From positions 1-59,492 of IMG/VR virus record IMGVR_UViG_3300044940_000188: a stretch of 59,492 nt of DNA, one strand, 5' to 3'. The position numbers were made by a program, and so were the translations under genes. Below, one piece after another: positions 18,505 through 27,796 of this stretch; positions within the stretch are counted from its first letter, which is position 1, and each line of letters begins with the position of its first letter. Source of the stretch: a virus. The notes below the pieces were generated by a model. The model saw only the letters and a program-made list of their open reading frames with translations. It did no database searches and had not been told where the DNA came from.

Positions 18505-19530
18505 TTACGACAGCGCGAGACGACGCTGCTCCTTAGCCGGGGTGTGATACTTAGCAACGAGACGATCGAAGAACTCCTGTCCCTTGATCCGCACAACATC
18601 TGCTGGGATGACGTACTCGCCGTCAGACGCCATGATCGGCACAGTGTCGTCGATGCCAGACCCATCACCCAGCCCAGTCGCGATCATACCGTCCGTACCG
18701 TCTGTCTGCACGGCACCGCCGTCGGCGAGACCAGCGGCAGCTCCAATGATAGTGCCAACACCGCCAAGCACACCTGCCTTCTGCCCGAGCCTTGCGTCCC
18801 AATGGGCCATTTGGTTTGCATATCCTTGATTGAGGATGTTGGCCTGCTGACCGTACCCTTGCAGCGCCCCACCGAAGTAAGTAGCCGCACCTTGCATAGC
18901 ACCGGCAGACGTGCCGGTAGTCTGGTTGGCACCGCCAACAGCCGCCTGACCTGCACCGACAGCACCGCCGTAACTCTGAGCCACGTTAGACAGCGAGCCG
19001 CGGCCGAGATTGACGACGTCCGACCGAAGCGCCCGGCCTACATCCTCAACACGCCGGTTAGCAGAGGTGGCAGCGGCAGCTTGAGCGGCGGCTTGCTGCA
19101 CGCGAACGCTGACGTCGAGAGCAGCGTTACGGGTCTGCGATGGGTCTACGCCGTACGACTCAATTCGAGATAGAGCGTTACGCCGCTGAGCGTCAAACTG
19201 CTGACTGACATCAGCAATCGCCGCGGCCCGCTCCTGCGCACGCCGAGCGGCGGTGTCGTACCCTTGAGCCTCGGCGATGAACTGGTCCTCGATAGGACGG
19301 AACACAGTCTCATATCGCTGCCGGTCTTCTCGAGCGATACGGGCTTGCTCTTCCATCGCTGGCAACTGGACGTCGAGCACCCGATTGAGAATCTCGCGGT
19401 TCATCGCGTCCTGCTCTTTGGCCCACGCAAGTTGATCGAGCGCCGTCTGACGCTGAATTTCGGCGACCTCTCTGCTGGCATTGGCGACGCCAGAAAGGTC
19501 AGGCGGAGGAGGCGGATCACTGCAGCACAT
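18505..19530 (-). CDS. Virion or ejection-type protein (341 aa) with coiled-coil and Gly/Ala/Gln-rich regions
   Basis: AGAGGG lies 8 nt upstream of ATG 19530. N-terminus is MCCSDPPPPP; the C-terminus contains SDGEYVIPADVV. Confidence 0.7.
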   Translation of the reverse strand: MCCSDPPPPPDLSGVANASREVAEIQRQTALDQLAWAKEQDAMNREILNRVLDVQLPAMEEQARIAREDRQRYETVFRPIEDQFIAEAQGYDTAARRAQERAAAIADVSQQFDAQRRNALSRIESYGVDPSQTRNAALDVSVRVQQAAAQAAAATSANRRVEDVGRALRSDVVNLGRGSLSNVAQSYGGAVGAGQAAVGGANQTTGTSAGAMQGAATYFGGALQGYGQQANILNQGYANQMAHWDARLGQKAGVLGGVGTIIGAAAGLADGGAVQTDGTDGMIATGLGDGSGIDDTVPIMASDGEYVIPADVVRIKGQEFFDRLVAKYHTPAKEQRRLALS

Positions 19531-20053
19531 CGTTCGAACCCTCTACCTTCTTCGAGTAGAACATCGCCACAGGGCGATATCCTCTGCTTTCCAAAAACGG
19601 CCCGATATCCGGACCACCGACAGGTCCTTTTGAGGACATGCCAATGTACTTGCAGCCGAGCTTCGCGAGGATGTCTTCGGCGTACTTCAGCAGTTTTGAG
19701 GCCAGCCCTTGCCCCCTGACCTCCGGACGCAAGAAAAATGCATCTTCGCGACCGATCAGGGAACCACGGGAGTGGGCATCCCTGTAAACGTAATACTGCA
19801 GGTATCCTACCAGCTTCTTGTCGACACGTACAGTGAACAGAACAAACTTGGCTTCACGTTCCAGCTGTGCCCACTGGGCATAGTCTGGATCAAGCGGGGA
19901 GTCAAGGTACAAGGTCTCAGTCTCTGCATAATGCAAAGCGTGAAGTTCCCGCAATTCGTCCACTACCTGGCTGATTTTCTCAATGCCAACCACGGTGCCG
20001 ACAGCAACATCAAGCGGGGCAAAACCATAATACGTAACCTCAAGTCGGCCCAT
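19517..20053 (-). CDS. GNAT-family N-acetyltransferase
   Basis: FFLRPEVRGQGLASKLLKYAEDIL matches the acetyl-CoA binding R/Q-x-x-G-x-G/A motif. 178 aa. Confidence 0.8.
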   Translation of the reverse strand: MGRLEVTYYGFAPLDVAVGTVVGIEKISQVVDELRELHALHYAETETLYLDSPLDPDYAQWAQLEREAKFVLFTVRVDKKLVGYLQYYVYRDAHSRGSLIGREDAFFLRPEVRGQGLASKLLKYAEDILAKLGCKYIGMSSKGPVGGPDIGPFLESRGYRPVAMFYSKKVEGSNDVLQ

Positions 20054-20408
20054 CTAAGACCTCCGCACACGTAGGCCGTCTGTAACTGTGCTTCGTGCGC
20101 TCCTCGTACTCCCGCTCTTTCTCACTTAGACGAGTCAGGAAGAACTGCTTGGAGGACGCAGAAGTCGACTGGCACAGGCGAATGCGCGCGTCTATGAGCT
20201 GCTCTTCAAGCAGCGACACGTAAATCGAATTGACCTGCTCTGCTCTGGCGAAGCCAGTACCAAATGCCGGAGTTACGAACCACCCTAGCGCCCAGAAGGC
20301 AAAGACCCAAGACGAGACCGCACTGATGAACAGCGCGCTGTGGTAGAACAGTCTAGCCTGCGGATCAGAATCCGCGGCAATGAGCATGTTATAGATCCAC
20401 TTAATCAT
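20040..20408 (-). CDS. Membrane protein (2 TM) downstream of the spanins; possible lysis accessory
   Basis: ATG 20408 overlaps the i-spanin stop (ATGA). The TTG 20441 start in the track is rejected. Hydrophobic segments FYHSALFISAVSSWVFAFWALGWFV. Confidence 0.6.
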   Translation of the reverse strand: MIKWIYNMLIAADSDPQARLFYHSALFISAVSSWVFAFWALGWFVTPAFGTGFARAEQVNSIYVSLLEEQLIDARIRLCQSTSASSKQFFLTRLSEKEREYEERTKHSYRRPTCAEVLDGPT

Positions 20409-20962
20409 CTTGGCGACATCTGCAACAACCGACGCTGACAAGCGCGCAGGCGTTCGCTGACGAGCTTTGCCTGCCCAACGAGGTCGTCTAGTCCACTGAG
20501 ATCGAGTTCAATGATTTCAGAGCGTCCTCCAGCATTGCGTCCCACTCCGCGTCCGAGGGGGGAGGCACCATCACCGAAGGCGGGGGTGGAACCAGAATCT
20601 CCGTCGCGACCGGTGTACATGGCTTTGTCGTCGCACACCCTGACACGAATGATGCGAGGAGGAGCGGTGTCAATCCTATTCTGCAGTTCACGGATCCTCT
20701 CCTGAAGTTCAGATTCAACCTGCATGCTCTGGAAGACCTGAGCAGCCCGGAGTCGCTCACCCGCTGCCACCAGCTCTGACTGGTACGCTTCGTGTTCCTT
20801 GATAAGCGCCGCCACTGCAAGCTGCTCGTGTTTCTTGACATCGTCAATGCGGCCGCTCTGGAGCTTCCACGCTGCACCAAAGCCAGCCAAGAACGACACG
20901 ACAGCAAGGGCAGCGTACGGCCCCCAGTTCAACGCCGGTAACGTGAATTTGAACGGTCCCAT
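20405..20962 (-). CDS. i-spanin (Rz-like)
   Basis: N-terminal TM segment YAALAVVSFLAGFGAAW followed by a coiled-coil periplasmic domain. Sits next to the holin and endolysin. Confidence 0.75.
   Translation of the reverse strand: MGPFKFTLPALNWGPYAALAVVSFLAGFGAAWKLQSGRIDDVKKHEQLAVAALIKEHEAYQSELVAAGERLRAAQVFQSMQVESELQERIRELQNRIDTAPPRIIRVRVCDDKAMYTGRDGDSGSTPAFGDGASPLGRGVGRNAGGRSEIIELDLSGLDDLVGQAKLVSERLRACQRRLLQMSPR
20488..20691 (-). CDS. o-spanin (Rz1-like) embedded in the +1 frame of the i-spanin gene
   Basis: GTG 20691 has AGGAGA 6 nt upstream. The signal plus lipobox reads (M)NCRIGLTPLLLASFVSG|C, and the mature part is Pro-rich. Confidence 0.75.
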   Translation of the reverse strand: MNCRIGLTPLLLASFVSGCATTKPCTPVATEILVPPPPSVMVPPPSDAEWDAMLEDALKSLNSISVD

Positions 20963-21243
20963 TCGTCCAAGTCCGAGCTGTAGTCACGGTCTCGCCAGTA
21001 ATCGTCCCGCTCGTCCCAATGATCGTCCCGATCCGAACGGCGGTTGCGACCCCATTCTACCCTCTTTTGAAACGTCCGGTTAGTCGTGTAGACCCCCAAA
21101 ATGGCAGCGGAGGTCCACCCCCAGACATCGGGCGGAATATGTTCAGTGAACAGAGCAATTGCGGCAGTAATCTGGATGCCTAGCGACTGCCAGAATTCCG
21201 TAGAATTCCACGAGCGGGGCGGGTTTACCGGCGGCTCGCGCAT
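20929..21243 (-). CDS. Putative holin
   Basis: Two hydrophobic segments (FWQSLGIQITAAIALF, WGWTSAAILGVY) and a highly charged C-terminus. Located between the endolysin and the spanins. Confidence 0.6.
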   Translation of the reverse strand: MREPPVNPPRSWNSTEFWQSLGIQITAAIALFTEHIPPDVWGWTSAAILGVYTTNRTFQKRVEWGRNRRSDRDDHWDERDDYWRDRDYSSDLDEWDRSNSRYRR

Positions 21244-21734
21244 CGCTCGGCCAGCAATTCAAGGAAGTGGACACCGCGCCGCTGCCAGCCAGCAATGAAC
21301 GCCGCCTGCGACCGGTCACGCCGAACGAGGTCAGCCCACAGGACAAACCTGTAGCCTAGGACCCGCAGGAAAATCGCTGTGGGGTCCTGCTCGTTGACCG
21401 CAGCAAGGGTCTTGGGGCCGACAACCCCATCCTCGACCGCACCTGCCGCACGTTGGAGCCATTTGGCAGCAAGCCGGACACCATGGTTAACTCCAGCGTC
21501 GACGACTAAGTACCGGAGCAGGTCATCCTCGATCCGATCGAATTTAGGCCGCAGGATGTACTCACGCTCGTAGAACTCCCGGGCTTGAGCTTCGGTGATG
21601 TTGCGGACGTCACCGCCGTAGGCCCGCTCAGTGATGCCCCACTTGGTACGCCCACCCCGATCGCTGGGGTGATCGGTGAACTTGTCACCGCCCTCGTGCT
21701 TCAGGATGTAGGTGATGATCTTCTGATTGTTCAT
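21225..21734 (-). CDS. Endolysin, GH108-type N-terminal domain plus peptidoglycan-binding C-terminal domain
   Basis: ILKHEGGDKFTDHPSDRGGRTKWGIT is the GH108 signature. The C-terminal DGVVGPKTLAAV resembles PG_binding_3. Confidence 0.85.
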   Translation of the reverse strand: MNNQKIITYILKHEGGDKFTDHPSDRGGRTKWGITERAYGGDVRNITEAQAREFYEREYILRPKFDRIEDDLLRYLVVDAGVNHGVRLAAKWLQRAAGAVEDGVVGPKTLAAVNEQDPTAIFLRVLGYRFVLWADLVRRDRSQAAFIAGWQRRGVHFLELLAERCASRR

Positions 21735-23584
21735 ACGGCCGCCAGCCCCTTCGGGGTCTCAGCAATCTGCACGCTGTACACAGTCGTGTTGCCAGTCAGT
21801 TCCACTTGCCACCGGTCGGACTTAAAGCCGGTCGACGGACGAAGAATTCGCTCGGTACTGATGACTCGGTCGAAGGCTACGAACCGGTTACCGTTCTTGT
21901 CCCATGCATATAGGGTACACCGCACAGCTGGGGTTTGCACGGACTGAAAGCCGATGTCATACAACAGTCCGCCACACAGCGGCTGCTTAATCTCTGGCTC
22001 TGTCCAATCAAGGACCTCGCCAGCAGCTTGCGCCGGGAACCCGCACAGTACGTGCCCACCGAGCGTGTCAATCGGCACGTTGGCAGCGATGAGGGCAGCG
22101 TTGTACGTACCGTAGTACTCCTCGGCATCGTCAGACACGTCGTTGTCAGACGCATCAAACTGAATGCGGATGGCCCCGAAATTGACAGGCTTCGGGGTCT
22201 GGTAAACCTTCGACTGCCACCGCCAGTAAAGCCTCTCTACTTGCTCCGGGTCCCACTCCCACAAACGGTCCTGATAAATCAGATTCACGTTACCGGTGTA
22301 CCGGTCGGTCTCAATACCAACCACACCAGAAAACCCAGAAAGAGTCACCAGCTTGACGGTTGGTTCAGTAGGGGTGAACACCAAACCGTTGGAGCTGTCG
22401 GAAAACGCGATGTACTGCAACCCTAGCTGCGCAGCAAACATGTTGGACGGGTTGTAGGCCGCCCACTCTTCCTTCGTCAGAATGTCCTGCGTAATGACTT
22501 GTGCACCACCAGAATTGGCCATCACCAGACCATTGATCGAGGCGTAATAGACGCCCGCAGTTGTGGCGACCATGCTGCGCTTCGACAGGCAAGGTTCAAC
22601 AGCGTCCATCTTCTCAAGCGTGAACCCGGCGGGTGTCGTACCCTGCCCGAAGTACGGCTTCGACTCGGTGCCAATGACGACAGTAGAACCCCACACGGCC
22701 GCACCGACGATCGGGAACTCGGTGGACAGCTCGTACTCGGCAGGCCATGCGTGCGGACGGTACGGCTCAGAGAACAGCAGTCGCCGGCCCTTCCACCCAA
22801 TCAAGTAGCCATTTGGCATAGCGACAATGCCGTCAAGGTCGGAAGGTGGCTCAGCCCACGTCGTGGACTCAAGCAGCTCATTGGCCGCAACGGTAGCGTC
22901 CGACTGGTTGTCGTTGTACGTGGCCACATTCAACGGGATCTCGGCTACAAAAAAGAACGCCGTCGACACTTCACCAGCCACAGTGCGATAGATGCGCTTC
23001 TTGACGATGTTACGGTCTGCAGCGTTTGGTACGGTAGTGTCCATCCCACTGATGGTCCACGTAGAGGTACCGTCACCGTCCACCAGTGTCGGATCCGACG
23101 GCTGCCCCTCCTCACCGTAAGCAGACACGAACGTGTAGACGTAGGACCTAGTATCGTTACCGATCGACCCAGGCACTACGATCGGAGCGTTGACCGGGCG
23201 AGGTACACCAAGGATGAGCGGCGGAAGGCCGTTATGGATGCGGCTGTACGTGGTCATAGAAGTGCGCTCGCCGCCACCAGCGATGTAGTATCGGTCGAAC
23301 GCGTCGTTGACCAGCGGAGAGCGAACTACGTCAACGTTGCGGTCACCAAACACCAACCACTTGTCGTCGTAGTAGTCGCCCTCATCTGGAACGACAAACG
23401 CACGGCGGACGGTGAAATACTCATCGAACCGAGTAATTTCACGCGGCGCGCGGAACCCGCGAATCTCACCGTTCAGCAGCTTCGTGTTCTGGGCAACCGT
23501 GGCTGCCATGGGGGCCAGCAGGCGCTCGGATACCCGAGGCGCCAGCCCCTGAAACATCTCCAGCTTGATGCCGATACCAGCCAT
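21731..23584 (-). CDS. Tail structural protein (617 aa; nozzle or tubular-type by position)
   Basis: ATG overlaps the upstream stop. Lies between the fibre genes and the lysis cassette. No motif recognised. Confidence 0.6.
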   Translation of the reverse strand: MAGIGIKLEMFQGLAPRVSERLLAPMAATVAQNTKLLNGEIRGFRAPREITRFDEYFTVRRAFVVPDEGDYYDDKWLVFGDRNVDVVRSPLVNDAFDRYYIAGGGERTSMTTYSRIHNGLPPLILGVPRPVNAPIVVPGSIGNDTRSYVYTFVSAYGEEGQPSDPTLVDGDGTSTWTISGMDTTVPNAADRNIVKKRIYRTVAGEVSTAFFFVAEIPLNVATYNDNQSDATVAANELLESTTWAEPPSDLDGIVAMPNGYLIGWKGRRLLFSEPYRPHAWPAEYELSTEFPIVGAAVWGSTVVIGTESKPYFGQGTTPAGFTLEKMDAVEPCLSKRSMVATTAGVYYASINGLVMANSGGAQVITQDILTKEEWAAYNPSNMFAAQLGLQYIAFSDSSNGLVFTPTEPTVKLVTLSGFSGVVGIETDRYTGNVNLIYQDRLWEWDPEQVERLYWRWQSKVYQTPKPVNFGAIRIQFDASDNDVSDDAEEYYGTYNAALIAANVPIDTLGGHVLCGFPAQAAGEVLDWTEPEIKQPLCGGLLYDIGFQSVQTPAVRCTLYAWDKNGNRFVAFDRVISTERILRPSTGFKSDRWQVELTGNTTVYSVQIAETPKGLAAV

Positions 23585-26430
23585 TAGGTCACCTCATTCT
23601 CCCAATCGTAGGCTGAGTAGCCGACGGGCTGGTCTATGAACGGTCCAGTGAAGTTAACCGTGACCTTGCGCTCAATAGAGTTAAGGTTTGAGGCCATAAT
23701 CAGCGGACGCAGAGGAACGTTCTGATACAAGGCACCGATCGGTACGGTTTCTACCAGCACGCGCGAGCCAGAAACAATCTTCCAGAACTTGATCTCGTTG
23801 GCTGCAAAGTCGATACCAACACCAACCGTATCACCGGCGGTGAACGTAATTGTAGAGTTGGAGTACACAGAACCGTCTGCGTACACCGTGCCCTTGTCAC
23901 CGTACGTGTAGGTCCCAACCCTGTTCTCCATAAAGGAGCCAAACAGCACGGCGGTACCAACCAACGTGTGACCCTGATGGGCTGTGCAGACGCCAACAAA
24001 CGTGCGACTGCTCGAAGAGGTCTCGAACGGCGACGTCGCAACAGTAACCTCAAAGTAGTATTTGTCTGGCCCGTACGCAGGATGAACAACATGCAACGGA
24101 AACCCAGTAACGCGCGGCACGTTGAACACCGAAGGTCCGACAGTGAGCCCGTCTCCCGTCTCGCTAAACCCAAGATAGTCACCACCAGATACTCGGGCTG
24201 GCTCAGCAATCTGCCCGACTGGAATTAGCTCGAATGCACAACCAAGCACATATTCACTATTAGAAACAACCCCGTTTATGCGCCTGCGCCCAACGCCCGC
24301 TGCGGACGTGATCGCCGAACCGCTGGTACGAATCTGCCCCTTGGACAGCGACGGCAAGAACTCACCTTCATACAGGCCAAGCCAGCCACCCTGCGTATTG
24401 GCATGCGTGGGAGTAGCAGCCGGACTAATGTCGGATGTCTCGCTATTGGTGGACCCGAACGCAACACGGTAAGTACCGGTCGAAGGCGGAGTGAAGGTAC
24501 CAGACACAGTATGCCCCGGTGCAACTGCCCCGGGATTCGATCCAGCGGAAAACGAGGCATTGCTCAGCCCGCTACCAATATCAGCGGTCTTAGTACGGCC
24601 AGTCGATCCAGAATTGAAAATCATGCCCGCGGTGAAAGAGCCACCACTAGGCACGTTGGTAACTCGCATGTAGTTGTACGTCGAAGCCCCAGACTCGCAC
24701 ATGGCGGCCGCCAACGTGTAGACCTGCCCACCCGTCAAAGTGACATCAAAATACACCTCATGCCGTGAGTTAGCAGTCTCGGTGGGGTTCAACGACGACG
24801 GGGTATTACTGGTAGCATTGTCTGTCACAACCATCGCTGTATTGGACAGCGACGCAAGGTTTCGATGGTTGTAGGGTACAAGGTTCTGCAGCTCGTCTTG
24901 ATCCGGAGTAACGACAGCAGTCACAAGCCCGTACCGCGCGTTACCGGAAGGTGGGACACGGTTATGCCCCTCAAGAAAGTCTGGCGTATCACCAACCATC
25001 TGAAGAGTACCGATCGGGTTGATACTATCAGTTCGCATTACCGACGTAACAAACACAAACTTACCACCGGGGGCAAGGTTGTCCATGTACGGCGTAGTGA
25101 CGAACGATCCAGAATCCAAATTGGCGGCAGCAGTTATAGGTGGACTGAGCGTCGGAGCTATCTGCCCAATAGGACGAGACACTCTAACCCCACGAAACGC
25201 ATGAATGCAGGAAATGAGATACGAAGTGGCGTCAGTGATCGTGAGCGTCCAAGTCGTATCACCAGCGGCCAAAAACCGGTAGGCATAAAGCAACTCAAAA
25301 TTGCCATTCTGAGACGAAGAGCGATCACCGTGCGTAGAGTCGTTATTCCCATTCCGCTGATTTAGAAGAGTCCACCCAGCCGGCAAGGTAGTGGCATTAC
25401 TCTTCTTGACCAACATGCACCACAACAGGAAATCGCCTTCCTCAGCATCGTCAGGCGGACTGATGGTGACGTTGGACGTCGGGTTAGTATTGATGCACAC
25501 GGAGTCAACGTAGATCAGGTCGCCCCAGCCCACGATGTTGGAGTTAGGCCCTTCGCCGGCGAAAGTACCGACCGCCCTGACATACCAGTCGTAGCGGTTC
25601 TCACCGAGGTCAGCGATGGTGTCGGTGTATGTCGTAGTGGGTGCAGCCACCGTTGCCAGCAATGTATACGGCCCACCATTTACTCGCCGGTAAACCTTGT
25701 ACGAAGCCAGTGTGTCACCGGGACCGGGCGTGGCGGCAGTCCACGTCAGATCGTAGTCATCACCATCTCGTGTGCCGGTCAACACCGGCGCAGAAGGCGG
25801 CAGGTAGCTGATTTGCGGCTGGTTCACGACGTTGGAAGCCGTACCATCACCACCAAACAGACCGACCGGTACAACATACCAATCGTAGCTGTTGCTCAAA
25901 GCGTTGATAGGAGTGTCGGTGTACGCCGTCACATCACCATCGACCTCAGCAAGCAAGCTGTAGGCACCAGCATTCACCCGCCGGTATATCTCATACCGAA
26001 GGATGATGTCGTCCGTGTCCGGAGTAGCTGCGGTCCAGCTAAGCTGAAAAGACGTACCAACAAGAGAGCCAGACAGTACAACGGTCGACGGAGCGGTCGC
26101 AACAACTGACAGTTGATCCAAGAAACCTTTCGTTACCGTGTGCACAACATCGGCGCCGGCCGGAAAAGCACGCGCGACGGTGCCTTCCTTCCCGCGCTCT
26201 ACGGTCAGGCTGTCACCAGACCGTCCGGTGCAGTAGCAAACCTCAAAGTTGCCGGCGTCATCAAAAATGACCAGACTGAAAATGGTGTCTGGATACGAAG
26301 CTGTAGACGGCGACGGAAATAGTGCACCGCTACCAGTCAAAAGCGAAATGGTCGAATCGCTTGCTAAAACAGATGTCGCAAGTGTAGACCGAGCAAAGTT
26401 CTTGAACAGGAACTTGCGGAACTCCAACAT
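23584..26430 (-). CDS. Tail fibre: shared N-terminal anchor, two FN3-like repeats and a C-terminal SPRY/B30.2-like domain
   Basis: The duplicated segment SWTAATP...Y.(I/V)YRRVN.G.Y.LLA...YTDT...YDWYV looks like FN3. The C-terminal KYYFEVTV...GDTVGVGIDFAANEIKFWK looks like SPRY. Confidence 0.75.
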   Translation of the reverse strand: MLEFRKFLFKNFARSTLATSVLASDSTISLLTGSGALFPSPSTASYPDTIFSLVIFDDAGNFEVCYCTGRSGDSLTVERGKEGTVARAFPAGADVVHTVTKGFLDQLSVVATAPSTVVLSGSLVGTSFQLSWTAATPDTDDIILRYEIYRRVNAGAYSLLAEVDGDVTAYTDTPINALSNSYDWYVVPVGLFGGDGTASNVVNQPQISYLPPSAPVLTGTRDGDDYDLTWTAATPGPGDTLASYKVYRRVNGGPYTLLATVAAPTTTYTDTIADLGENRYDWYVRAVGTFAGEGPNSNIVGWGDLIYVDSVCINTNPTSNVTISPPDDAEEGDFLLWCMLVKKSNATTLPAGWTLLNQRNGNNDSTHGDRSSSQNGNFELLYAYRFLAAGDTTWTLTITDATSYLISCIHAFRGVRVSRPIGQIAPTLSPPITAAANLDSGSFVTTPYMDNLAPGGKFVFVTSVMRTDSINPIGTLQMVGDTPDFLEGHNRVPPSGNARYGLVTAVVTPDQDELQNLVPYNHRNLASLSNTAMVVTDNATSNTPSSLNPTETANSRHEVYFDVTLTGGQVYTLAAAMCESGASTYNYMRVTNVPSGGSFTAGMIFNSGSTGRTKTADIGSGLSNASFSAGSNPGAVAPGHTVSGTFTPPSTGTYRVAFGSTNSETSDISPAATPTHANTQGGWLGLYEGEFLPSLSKGQIRTSGSAITSAAGVGRRRINGVVSNSEYVLGCAFELIPVGQIAEPARVSGGDYLGFSETGDGLTVGPSVFNVPRVTGFPLHVVHPAYGPDKYYFEVTVATSPFETSSSSRTFVGVCTAHQGHTLVGTAVLFGSFMENRVGTYTYGDKGTVYADGSVYSNSTITFTAGDTVGVGIDFAANEIKFWKIVSGSRVLVETVPIGALYQNVPLRPLIMASNLNSIERKVTVNFTGPFIDQPVGYSAYDWENEVT

Positions 26431-26738
26431 CAGAGGTCCCTCAAGTACTCAAGAATCCCCGCAGTAATCGGCATTGTGACTTGAGCGCCAACAGGAAACG
26501 ACTGCGCAGTAGTGCCTTCCCGCGCCCGCAAAACAGACAGCACGTTGTACTCGCGCTGGTCGCAGTACATGATCTCGCGGACACCGGTGGCGGGGTCGCG
26601 GACCACGATCACAAACTCGTCGTAGTACGGGTCAGGGTCAGGGAAAAGATCCCCGTTAGAGACCGTAATCGTGGTATCGCCGGCAGCGATCGCCACAGTC
26701 GTAACATCCGACACGTTGTTAGCAAAGATGAAGGCCAT
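26430..26738 (-). CDS. Stand-alone copy (102 aa) of the fibre N-terminal anchor module
   Basis: Contains the motif LSVLRAREGTTAQSFPVGA, comparable to LTVVRGQEGTTAQSW and LTVERGKEGTVARAF in the two neighbouring fibre genes. Confidence 0.6.
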   Translation of the reverse strand: MAFIFANNVSDVTTVAIAAGDTTITVSNGDLFPDPDPYYDEFVIVVRDPATGVREIMYCDQREYNVLSVLRAREGTTAQSFPVGAQVTMPITAGILEYLRDL

Positions 26739-27796
26739 CAGCTTGCCACCTTCATGATGTAGTAGATGCCGGTGTACGGCGGCACGATGGTGCTTGTAGG
26801 AACGGAGTGCTGGTGCGCGCTCGCCGCCGTCATAGTGGAAGAGTGCGTGTGCGCCTCACCACCACCAGTTTGCTCAATGATCCTGTTGTTGTCGCCGGTG
26901 AACGTGATGTAGCTAGAGAACTGAGCGTTGTTCCCGTCACCAGTAGCACCCACGGTTGTCAAAGTAAGTGAGCGCGGTGCAGTACCAGAACCGGGAGTAG
27001 CCCAGATTCTGTGACCGTGGGCGGGCATTTGATCAACCGTCAGAGCGGTGGAACCAATGGTCAGTGAGTGGGTATGACCACCACCAGGATCGACGTTGAC
27101 CGACGAACCAGTCCACCCGCCCGTCTCGTTGAGTGCAGTAGGGCCGCCAGCACCGCGAACAAAACGACCGCGCAGGTCTGGAGTACCGTTCGTACCGTCA
27201 CAAAGCGCCCACCCAGCCGGGATAGACAACAACGAACCGAACCACATGATGATGGCGCCGGTCGGAAACCGGGACATCACTGGGTCGGTCTCAACCACTA
27301 TCTTCTGCCCACCAGCAGTAGCGCGAGTACCATCACCAGGCACGACAATTTGATTGGACGAATCGTTCTCCGCCCCGCGCATCGCAGTGCCAACAAGAAC
27401 GCCACCCTCAACAACAGTAGTTCCGGTAAGACGAGCGTTCTTAAGTTTGTTACCGGCGAGATCAATGTCACCGGTAACGGTGTCACCACCTTTCTGCACA
27501 AAATTGTTCATGGTGCCGGAGGTAAGTCTCAGCTCCACACGCGTCGTGTTCAGAGTCCACGACTGAGCTGTAGTGCCCTCCTGCCCACGCACCACCGTCA
27601 GCAGGTTACCGGTTCTACTGGTGCACTTCACAATTTCAAGATCGCCATCAGCATTCACAAGGGCGACCATGAAGTAATCGCCACCAGCCGGACTGGGAAA
27701 CGCCGCCCCAGACGCGACCTGAATCGTCGTAGTGGTCGGAGTAATGCTGGCAGCAAGAAGACTGCTCGCATTGTTCGAGAAGAGCTGCTTAGCCAC
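26738..27796 (-). CDS. Tail fibre with a phage tail-collar domain
   Basis: AIIMWFGSLLSIPAGWALCDGTNGTPDLRGRFVRGAG matches the tail-collar pattern. GxHxH repeats and C-terminal PPYTGIYYIMKV. GAGGGAG lies 7 nt upstream of GTG 27796. Confidence 0.75.
   Translation of the reverse strand: MAKQLFSNNASSLLAASITPTTTTIQVASGAAFPSPAGGDYFMVALVNADGDLEIVKCTSRTGNLLTVVRGQEGTTAQSWTLNTTRVELRLTSGTMNNFVQKGGDTVTGDIDLAGNKLKNARLTGTTVVEGGVLVGTAMRGAENDSSNQIVVPGDGTRATAGGQKIVVETDPVMSRFPTGAIIMWFGSLLSIPAGWALCDGTNGTPDLRGRFVRGAGGPTALNETGGWTGSSVNVDPGGGHTHSLTIGSTALTVDQMPAHGHRIWATPGSGTAPRSLTLTTVGATGDGNNAQFSSYITFTGDNNRIIEQTGGGEAHTHSSTMTAASAHQHSVPTSTIVPPYTGIYYIMKVAS

Noticed and set aside
22499-23587. 362-aa plus ORF antisense to the tail gene, and similar long antisense ORFs (32722-33693, 38586-39332, 39922-40650, 41242-41913, 53322-54416)
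   Set aside because: These are shadow frames within well-supported genes (tail protein, portal, glycosyltransferases, DNA polymerase) and have an Arg-rich composition.
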